Below are positions 57,154-64,000 of a stretch of 64,000 nucleotides of DNA, piece after piece (the first letter of the stretch is position 1; each line of letters begins with the position of its first letter). The DNA is taken from positions 7,155 through 71,154 of the forward strand of contig JAWCLV010000001.1 in the NCBI GenBank assembly GCA_038850515.1. Reading direction: 5' to 3'. Both the position numbers and the translations under genes were made by a program. Source of the stretch: Candidatus Bathyarchaeia archaeon. GTDB lineage: Archaea; Thermoproteota; CALKCG01; B24; JAGTQN01. Under the pieces are notes generated by a model. It saw only the letters and a program-made list of their open reading frames with translations. It ran no database searches and was not told the DNA's origin.

Positions 57154-57468
57154 ATGAAGGAAGATCGAAACCGTTTCAGGGCAAGGTTCTTCAAGGCCCT
57201 CGCGGACCCCACGAGACTTGAGATCCTAGAGCTTCTCCGTGAAGGCGAGAAATGCGTCTGCGAACTCGTCCCTCAGCTGAAGATACCACAACCCCTTGTC
57301 TCTCGGCATCTGAAGATCCTGAAAGAATGCGGTCTGGTCAAAGTAAAGGGCTTTAGGAACAGGAGGTTCTATTCTATTACGGACCCAAGGGTCTTCGCCG
57401 TGATAGACGGCGTAACGCAGGACTTGAGGGCTTCGATTTCAAAAATCCTCATCGAACAGATGGTCTAG
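57154..57468 (+). CDS. ArsR/SmtB family metalloregulator
   Basis: LADPTRLEILELLREGEKCVCEL carries the metal-binding CVC in helix alpha3, followed by a wHTH (LVSRHLKILKECGLV). Divergent from the minus-strand cluster. Confidence 0.85.
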   Translation: MKEDRNRFRARFFKALADPTRLEILELLREGEKCVCELVPQLKIPQPLVSRHLKILKECGLVKVKGFRNRRFYSITDPRVFAVIDGVTQDLRASISKILIEQMV

Positions 57469-57613
57469 CCAAAGAAGAGGAGGCCGCATGAACCGAAGAG
57501 CGGCTAGCGGTCAATTCGCCTCTACCTATCATCTTTTATCCCATCTCAAAGAGGCCTCGAACGGGGCCCTTGATCCATAAAAAACCATAATCCTGAGTTC
57601 CTAGAAGGTTTTA

Positions 57614-57811
57614 ATGGATAAAATCATCGTCGACCTCGATATGTGCACGGGTTGTGGCACCTGCGTAGAGATCTGCCCAGAGCAAGCTTTCAAGCCTGTG
57701 GAGAAAGACGGAATGAAGGTTTCCGAAGCGATCGCCAAAGCCGATTGCTTCGCCTGTAGGGCTTACATTAAGCGCAAGAGGCGTAAAGGCGAACATAGTC
57801 GTTCAACCTAG
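57614..57811 (+). CDS. Small 4Fe-4S ferredoxin-like protein
   Basis: CTGCGTCVEICP plus CFAC; 65 aa. Confidence 0.45.
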   Translation: MDKIIVDLDMCTGCGTCVEICPEQAFKPVEKDGMKVSEAIAKADCFACRAYIKRKRRKGEHSRST

Positions 57812-58047
57812 GAATAGGCTTAAGCCTAAGCGTGGAAGGCCGTAAAGGCTCGATATAAGGAACTACAGGCACATAAGGAGTGCCATCGAAAGGTTCTTCG
57901 CCTCGCATGGATGAAGGCCTTCAAGAGAATAGCCATAATGTATAAAAGGCTACATCGAACTTCCTAGATTTCATGCCCGGTCGTCTTACTAAGGTTTTTC
58001 AGATGAATTCTTCAATTAAAAGTGAAGAGGAGGTTCCTTAGATTCAA

Positions 58048-59211
58048 TTGGAAGACTCGCTACGATTCCTATATGAAGGCGATTTTCCCATGGACCTTGA
58101 GGAACGAATTCTCTCAGTCTTCGAGGGAACGAAACCAGATCTTATGCCATGGTTTGCGGACCTAACCTATTGGTATAGAGCTATGGAGTATAGGCGTTGT
58201 CTTCCCACCAAATATAGCGGGGTTAACGGAAGGATTAGGCTTTATAGAGAGCTGGGATGCGGGGCCCATGAAGAGCTTTGTACCCTTCCTGGAAGGATCA
58301 AGCATTATGGTATAAAAAGGCTGTATTCGAGTGAGGAATTCAGGGATGGGACGATTCTCTATGAGGAAGGCTACGAAACGCCCCTAGGGAGCCTTATAGC
58401 CGTCAGAAAGTTTCTCCCATGCTCCGTAAGCACGGCTTACATCAAGTACCCTGTTTCCACAGGAAAGGACCTTAAGGCCCTTAGATATGTCTATCGGAAC
58501 CAGGACTTTGAGCCTGATTATGGGGTTCAGTACGATCAGATGAGGGATTGGAAGGGCTTAGGCTTCGTAAGTTCCCTTCCACCGAGGACCCCCTTCCAAA
58601 GTCTCGTTGTAGTTTGGGCGGGAGTCATGAATACGATAAGGCTTATGATGCGGGAGCCAGAAGAGCTTGAGGAGACAATTCAAGTTATGTCGGAAGCAGA
58701 CGATCCGATCTACGAAGCGATCCGTGATTCTCCGGCGCCAGGCGTATACCTCGGAGAGAATATCACGAGCGAGGTCATCACACCCTCGATCTTTAGAAAG
58801 TATCATATGCCCTACTACAGGCGAAGGGTCGCCCAGCTTCATTCGGCCAAGAAAAAGATTTTCGTCCATGTGGATGGAGCACTTAGGGGGGTCCTTCCCC
58901 TATTCGAAGCTACAGGAGTCGACTGCGTCCAATCCGTCACGCCAGCACCGGTAGGCGATGTAGCCTTAGAAAGGCTGAGGGAACTTGCTGGTTCGAACAT
59001 AATCCTATGGGGAGGCCTTCCAGGCGTTTACTTCAGCCGCCAGTACTCAGAAAGGCTTCTATACGATATGGTGAAGCGGATAATCGATAATCATATGGAA
59101 GGGCATAAGTTCATTCTTGGTGTGGCGGATCAGGTTCCTCCAGATGGGGAGATATATCGAGTAAGAAAAGTAACGGAGCTTCTGGAAGAATTGGGAAGGT
59201 ACAGAAATTAG
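58048..59211 (+). CDS. Uroporphyrinogen decarboxylase (URO-D) family protein (MtaA/CmuA-like fold)
   Basis: 387 aa TIM-barrel-like protein; C-terminal ...ILWGGLPGVYF...FILGVADQVPPDGEI resembles URO-D family C-termini. Family assignment is tentative. Confidence 0.5.
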   Translation: MEDSLRFLYEGDFPMDLEERILSVFEGTKPDLMPWFADLTYWYRAMEYRRCLPTKYSGVNGRIRLYRELGCGAHEELCTLPGRIKHYGIKRLYSSEEFRDGTILYEEGYETPLGSLIAVRKFLPCSVSTAYIKYPVSTGKDLKALRYVYRNQDFEPDYGVQYDQMRDWKGLGFVSSLPPRTPFQSLVVVWAGVMNTIRLMMREPEELEETIQVMSEADDPIYEAIRDSPAPGVYLGENITSEVITPSIFRKYHMPYYRRRVAQLHSAKKKIFVHVDGALRGVLPLFEATGVDCVQSVTPAPVGDVALERLRELAGSNIILWGGLPGVYFSRQYSERLLYDMVKRIIDNHMEGHKFILGVADQVPPDGEIYRVRKVTELLEELGRYRN

Positions 59212-59225
59212 AGTAAAAAGCTATT

Positions 59226-60233
59226 CTATGTGAGGGGTAGCCTTATAGGCCTTCCAGTTTTAGCAGATTCGTAGGATGCCAGAGTGATCTCCGTTCCCTG
59301 CCTCCCATCGAAGCCTGTAGCCCTCGGCTCACGATCCTCCCTTATGCAGCTTAGGAAGTCCTTTACCATCTCCTTGTCTACATCGCAACCCCACTGGTGC
59401 CATTGATAGGGGTTCTTAGGCTCCCCCGCAAGGCAGAGGTAGGCTACTTGCCTAAAGGCATCGAGGAGAATCGTTCCATCGGTTCCGAGAACCTCGAGGG
59501 TTACATCCCCCCATGTGTAGAAGCTCTCTGGCCTAGACCAGCTTCCATCTATGGAAGCCATGACGCCATTCCTGAAATCAAGAAGCGTTAGGAAACAATC
59601 CTCGACCCTAAGGCTTCTATCGATGTTCGTTCCTATCTCCGTGTAGACCGTTTCGACCTCACTTCCCGTGTACCAACGCATAAGATCTGCAAGATGAACC
59701 GTGTGATCCATAATGGCTCCTCCACCAGAAAGCTCGGGCTTCACGAACCAGCCGCCTTGAAAATGTCTCAGCCTATTCGTCCCTACGATGGCTCTAATCC
59801 TACCGATCGTTCCCCGATCCAAGAGTTCCTTCACTATCATGGCTGGTCGCGAATAGCGCATGACATAGCAAACCTGGAGCTTCAAGCCAGCCTTCCTGGC
59901 TGCCCTTATCATCTCATCCGCATCCTTGAGGCTTATAGCCATGGGCTTCTCGACCAAGACATGCTTACCCGCTTCGAGGGCCTCGACAGCCAGCTCCCTA
60001 TGAGTATGGGTTGGTGTGCAGATATCGACGATCTCTATGGCTTCATTCTTAAGGGCATCCTTAAGGCTTCCATAGGCCCTTGCTCCGTATCGTTCCGCAG
60101 ATCGTCTTGCCATCTCCACATTTCTTCCAACGACGGCTAGGATTCTGCTACCCTCAACCATTTTCCAAGCAACCATATGGGTCGAGCCCATGAAGCCATA
60201 GCCTACAACCGCAACGCCTATCCCCTTTTCCAA
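59226..60233 (-). CDS. Gfo/Idh/MocA family oxidoreductase
   Basis: GIGVAVVGYGFMGSTHMVAW Rossmann; EKPMA. Confidence 0.85.
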   Translation of the reverse strand: MEKGIGVAVVGYGFMGSTHMVAWKMVEGSRILAVVGRNVEMARRSAERYGARAYGSLKDALKNEAIEIVDICTPTHTHRELAVEALEAGKHVLVEKPMAISLKDADEMIRAARKAGLKLQVCYVMRYSRPAMIVKELLDRGTIGRIRAIVGTNRLRHFQGGWFVKPELSGGGAIMDHTVHLADLMRWYTGSEVETVYTEIGTNIDRSLRVEDCFLTLLDFRNGVMASIDGSWSRPESFYTWGDVTLEVLGTDGTILLDAFRQVAYLCLAGEPKNPYQWHQWGCDVDKEMVKDFLSCIREDREPRATGFDGRQGTEITLASYESAKTGRPIRLPLT

Positions 60234-60621
60234 GGATAGCCCTCACCAAGACATAATCTAAAATAAAGTAAAGGGAGAATCCTTAAAGCATTTTCCCTCC
60301 GAAACCATACGATACATATCCTTGGCATGGAAAGAACTTTGTCATAGACGAAAAACTGGGATTGAAGGCTCGGCAATAACATTATTTGGTATTCCAAGGT
60401 CTTTCCAAGCCATACTTCTAAAAACGCGTTTCATTGGGATGAAAGCCGCATATGAAGAAAGCAACTCGAATTGATCATAGAGGAATTTGGGAACAAACCT
60501 TGCTCGAATCCGTCGATGCCAAATGGCATCGACGGAAGATTTCAAGCTTAAAAAGGGAAGAAGGGGAAAGATTAGATTAGATTAGATTAGAACGAGAACA
60601 TACATTCGAAGGTGCGTTACC

Positions 60622-61419
60622 ATGCCCTTAGATGAGAAGACGATCGATAGGATAGTAGAGGAAATCCTTAGGGCAGAGGCCACGAGGACAAGGGCCCCCT
60701 CCATATCTGCCAGGTTTCCCGATTTTACGATAAACGATGCCTACAGGATTCAAATGCGTCTCATGGAACGGAAGGTAAAGGCTGGGGAGAGGGTTGTGGG
60801 GAGGAAGGCAGGTTTGACCTCGAAGGTTATGCAAGCAAGGTTCGGCACAAATGAGCCCGATTTTGGCTTCATAACCGACAAGATGGTCGTTCCAGAGGGG
60901 GAAGCCATAGATCTATCCTCCCTAGGCAACCCAAGCTTTGATGGTGCGGAAATAGCCTTTCTGATGGAAGAGGACCTTCAGGGACCTGGTATAAATGCTG
61001 CCATGGCGCTAAGGGCAACAGCAGGAGTACTTCCTGCGATAGAGATAACGAGTGCGTGGATAGAGCGCAAGGGCGCCTTCGACCTAAGGGATAGCATAGC
61101 CGACAATGGCGCCGCTGGGCGCTTCGTCTTAGGGGGAAAGCTCACGCCTGTAGAGGGTATAGACCTAAGGCTTGTTGGTATGGTCCTAGAAGTCAACGGA
61201 AGCCTCGTAGCGACGGCGGCTGGGGCGGCCGCCTTGGGAAATCCAGCCAACGTAGTGGCTTGGCTGGCGAACAAGCTGGCGGAATTCGGTGAGAAGCTGA
61301 GGGCGGGAGATATAGTGATGACGGGAACCCTGGTAGGAGGTATCGAGCCCCACCCTGGGGATGTGTTTAAGGTGACCTTTGACCGCCTTGGCTCTGTGAC
61401 GGCCTTGATGGCTAAATAA
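60622..61419 (+). CDS. 2-keto-4-pentenoate hydratase / 2-oxohept-3-enedioate hydratase family (MhpD/HpcG-like, FAH fold)
   Basis: The sequence ...INDAYRIQMRLMERKVKAGERVVGRKAGLTSKVMQ...EAEIAF... fits the MhpD-family N-terminal pattern; ~265 aa. Confidence 0.75.
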   Translation: MPLDEKTIDRIVEEILRAEATRTRAPSISARFPDFTINDAYRIQMRLMERKVKAGERVVGRKAGLTSKVMQARFGTNEPDFGFITDKMVVPEGEAIDLSSLGNPSFDGAEIAFLMEEDLQGPGINAAMALRATAGVLPAIEITSAWIERKGAFDLRDSIADNGAAGRFVLGGKLTPVEGIDLRLVGMVLEVNGSLVATAAGAAALGNPANVVAWLANKLAEFGEKLRAGDIVMTGTLVGGIEPHPGDVFKVTFDRLGSVTALMAK

Positions 61420-61524
61420 GGCTAATAAGAAAAGCGGAGAAAAGGGAAATAATAATAAAGAGAAAGAGAAAAGAAGAAAGGCTTGATATTTTCTATTTCT
61501 TTTTTAGCTTAAACCTTTTCTAAT

Positions 61525-61542
61525 CTAGATCCTAGGATCTAG
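61525..61542. terminator. Perfect 18 bp palindrome CTAGATCCTAGGATCTAG between convergent genes
   Basis: Overlaps the stop codon of the SelA-like gene and lies 106 nt after the hydratase stop. Possible bidirectional terminator or operator. Confidence 0.3.
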
Positions 61543-62686
61543 CTCGATTTCGCATAATAGCGCTCTCGAAGATTTCCTTAAGCCTTTTGGCTATGATCTT
61601 TTCCTCGCCATCTACGAGGCAGTGGGGGTTGATGACTATGGAGTTCCCTCGGGCCTCTGTCCATATGGCCGGATTGCCTGATCTAAGAATATTCGTAATC
61701 TCGGAAACCTTCATTCCAAGGCTTTCCTCATCGATGATGATCTGAGCCCTAGGCCAGCATTGAGCCGAGTATTCCCCCTTCGAAGGATCTGGGAAAAGAC
61801 GTCTTACCTTCACATGCGGGACGTTGGAAAACTCTTCCAAGAAGAATCTTACGACAGCCTCCCATCTATCCCTGTCCGCCTTATGGTCCTTCGATACATA
61901 TCTTTGTAAGGCTACTACAAGCCCGACAATCTGTTCCTTTCCTATCTTCATGGGCCTTCCAATCGCATGATGGGGGCATCCTTGGAGGGCACAGGCCTCT
62001 ATTAACTCCTTCCGCCCACATATGAAGCCCGAATCGTTCGGTCCTTGGATAGCCTTACCACCGCTAAAGGCTACGATGTCGGCTCCTGCGGCTATTATGT
62101 CTCGAAGGTTCTCCAAGGGAGGGAGCTCCGCTGCTGCGTCCACTATGACGGGTATTCCGTGCTTTTTGGCGACCTTTACAACTTCTTTGAGGGTTTCCAT
62201 ATCGCAGAACTTTCTAGAAGTAAAGAAGATGAAGGCAATGGCAGCTGTCCTTTCCGTTATAGCGGCCTCCAAATCTGAAGGCGAAAAGCCCTCTGAGGTT
62301 CCAATTTCGATGAGCCTGGCTCCAGCCTGGGAAAATGCCTGGTCGTAGGGGTTTCTATGAATCTTCGGTATGATGACCTCATTCTTCATTCCTTCGGTGA
62401 AGGGAAGTCTCCGGATCTTCTCAGGATCCTTTCCTGCGATGCAGGCAGCCGTAGCCAGGACGAGACCTGCCGCGGCTCCCGCCGTAACATAGCCGGCCTC
62501 TGCTCCAGTAATCTCCGCAATAACCTTACCGGCTTTCTCGTGGAGTTCATCCATGAGGACGAAGGCCTTGGCAGCCTCGTTCATGGCTTCAAGAACTTCT
62601 GGTGGCATAAGGGATCCACCGAGCATCGTCAAGGTTCCGGCTGCGTTGATGACCTTCCTGACTCCAAGCTTTTCATAGACACTCAA
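61532..62686 (-). CDS. SelA-like PLP-dependent enzyme (COG1921, L-seryl-tRNA(Sec) selenium transferase-related)
   Basis: N-terminal VINAAGTLTMLGGSL; the PLP-Lys context is AFSGGKAIQGP; 384 aa. Confidence 0.65.
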   Translation of the reverse strand: MSVYEKLGVRKVINAAGTLTMLGGSLMPPEVLEAMNEAAKAFVLMDELHEKAGKVIAEITGAEAGYVTAGAAAGLVLATAACIAGKDPEKIRRLPFTEGMKNEVIIPKIHRNPYDQAFSQAGARLIEIGTSEGFSPSDLEAAITERTAAIAFIFFTSRKFCDMETLKEVVKVAKKHGIPVIVDAAAELPPLENLRDIIAAGADIVAFSGGKAIQGPNDSGFICGRKELIEACALQGCPHHAIGRPMKIGKEQIVGLVVALQRYVSKDHKADRDRWEAVVRFFLEEFSNVPHVKVRRLFPDPSKGEYSAQCWPRAQIIIDEESLGMKVSEITNILRSGNPAIWTEARGNSIVINPHCLVDGEEKIIAKRLKEIFESAIMRNRARS

Positions 62687-62823
62687 TTTTAATCACTTCG
62701 CTTCATGATTCCATGAAGGCTTTTAAAGATTTCTTAAAGCCAGAATGTACCTTAGTGACTTATATAGCCATTTTACCCATTTAGATTGGATAGCAAATTA
62801 ATAAGAATAAAATTAAGAGAAAC

Positions 62824-62845
62824 ATTCTTCTAATTAACGAAGAAT
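62824..62845. promoter_or_regulatory. Inverted repeat ATTCTTC-taattaac-GAAGAAT in the AT-rich divergent promoter region upstream of the thermosome gene
   Basis: Perfect 7 bp arms with an 8 nt AT-rich spacer, ~65 nt upstream of the thermosome start. Coordinates approximate. Confidence 0.35.
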
Positions 62846-62910
62846 TTTAAAAATAAAAAATAAAATGTGAAAAGAAAATATTTGAAAAATTATGAATAGG
62901 ATTTATTTTA

Positions 62911-64000
62911 TTAGTACTCTGGTGGTGGCTTCTCGCCTGGCTTTGGTGGCGGAGGCTTGGCTGCTACGACTACATCGTCCACTCTAAGGATCATTATCGC
63001 AGCCTCGACGGCCGAAGATACGGCAGCCTTCTTGACTATGGCTGGCTCAAGGACCTTAAGTTCCTTCATGTCCTCGATTTTTCCCGTGAAGACGTTTACG
63101 CCCATGCTTACGCCATCAGGCTTTTCGTGGGCCGCCCTTAGGGCTACGATGATATCCAAAGGATCCAAGCCTGCGTTCTCAGCCAAGGCTGATGGAATGG
63201 CTTCCAGAGCCTCAGCGAAGGCTTCGACGGCTATCTGCTCCCTTCCCCCTAGCTGGGCCGCGTACTTCTTAAGCTCCTTGGCAAGCTCAGCCTCGACGGC
63301 GCCGCCTCCATAAACGATTCTTCCATCCTTCACCACATCCGCTACGACGCAGAGGGCATCGTGGAGGGATCGCTCTGCCTCGTCAACAGCCCTTTCAAGA
63401 CCCCCTCGGATGAGAATCGCTACGGCCTTTGGCTCCTTACAGCCTTCGACGAAGACCATCTTATCTTCACCTATCCTTCTTTCCTCTACCAAGCCAGCCT
63501 CACCAAGGTCCGAGGGCTTCAGATCATCGATGTTCGTAACGACCTTTCCACCCGTAGCCTTGGCAAGCTTCTCCATATCGGACTTCTTGACCCTTCTTAC
63601 GGCCAGGATGCCCTCCTTCGCCATGAAGAACTGGGCCATGTCGTCGATGCCCTTCTGGCAGAAGACCACATTGGCTCCTGCAGCCTTCACCTTCTCGACC
63701 ATTTGCTTGAGGATTCTAGTCTCCTCGTCCATGAAGGCCCTCATCTGGGTTGGATCCCTAATGCGGATCTCTGCGCTGAATTCAGTCTTTTCGACTTCCA
63801 TGGCGGCATCGAGGAGGGCGATCTTGGCATTCTCGACCCTCTTGGGCATGCCCGGATGGACAACTTCCTTATCGATTATCAAGCCCTTTATTAACTCCGT
63901 TTCGCCTACACTCTTTCCAGGCTTCTTCATTATCTGTACATCGTCCACATCTGCAACCCTCTTTCCATCCCTTATCTCAGTAACTCTCTTGATGGCTTCA
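62911..64000 (-). CDS. ths: Thermosome (group II chaperonin) subunit, C-terminal ~2/3; N-terminus beyond window end
   Basis: [10 protein letters not shown], and an equatorial-domain C-terminus ending in a Pro/Lys-rich tail ([17 protein letters not shown]). The ORF continues past 64000 on the minus strand. Confidence 0.9.
   Translation of the reverse strand, partial: EAIKRVTEIRDGKRVADVDDVQIMKKPGKSVGETELIKGLIIDKEVVHPGMPKRVENAKIALLDAAMEVEKTEFSAEIRIRDPTQMRAFMDEETRILKQMVEKVKAAGANVVFCQKGIDDMAQFFMAKEGILAVRRVKKSDMEKLAKATGGKVVTNIDDLKPSDLGEAGLVEERRIGEDKMVFVEGCKEPKAVAILIRGGLERAVDEAERSLHDALCVVADVVKDGRIVYGGGAVEAELAKELKKYAAQLGGREQIAVEAFAEALEAIPSALAENAGLDPLDIIVALRAAHEKPDGVSMGVNVFTGKIEDMKELKVLEPAIVKKAAVSSAVEAAIMILRVDDVVVAAKPPPPKPGEKPPPEY

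Noticed and set aside
1-64000. CRISPR arrays, integrases, transposases, toxin-antitoxin or recognisable defense islands
   Set aside because: I saw no direct-repeat and spacer periodicity anywhere. I also saw no DDE, tyrosine-recombinase or HEPN/PIN-like motifs in any ORF translation. The orphan MTase is the only element that looks possibly acquired.

Overview
This 64 kb window looks like archaeal chromosomal DNA. The archaeal signal comes from Orc1/Cdc6, the PolD small subunit DP1, PCNA, Lrp/AsnC, a group II chaperonin (thermosome) and overall GC near 50%. Most of it is housekeeping or metabolic: pyrB, guaA, glnA with a divergent lrp, a gamma-glutamyltransferase, several Gfo/Idh/MocA oxidoreductases, a Zn alcohol dehydrogenase, an enolase-superfamily dehydratase and a radical SAM enzyme. 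I found no tRNA, rRNA or CRISPR array and no integrase or transposase. I did not compute GC or codon usage and ran no searches, so every annotation rests on motif reading of the supplied ORF translations. Several coordinates I derived myself are approximate (about +-3 nt).

Five regions stand out.
(1) The first ~23 kb is a dense accessory-like island of secreted or membrane peptidase-related genes. It holds three M28B (PSMA/transferrin-receptor-like) homologs, a transglutaminase-like Cys-His-Asp protein, a C45 Ntn-hydrolase, a ThuA/GATase1-like protein, a GNAT, and two paralogous ~650 aa polytopic membrane proteins. I read it as a locus for processing gamma-glutamyl or isopeptide-linked peptides.
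(2) Two giant proteins carry complete MacB/FtsX-type permease modules fused to large extracytoplasmic domains, with no ABC ATPase encoded anywhere in the window. One (1486 aa) has an M28B-like domain with degenerate catalytic residues; the other (1067 aa) has a CarboxypepD_reg-like domain. Both also carry ~150 aa cytoplasmic C-terminal tails.
(3) An ArsR-headed cluster contains a CSC-motif ArsP-like permease, a small thioredoxin, two ferredoxins, three paralogous CxCTG small proteins and an unannotated Cys-rich mini-ORF.
(4) An orphan, visibly AT-rich DNA methyltransferase sits between PCNA and a nitrilase.
(5) A candidate oriC with an ORB-like element lies next to orc1/cdc6 and DP1. A Gfo/Idh/MocA gene nearby has its N-terminus disrupted by an A-rich tract.
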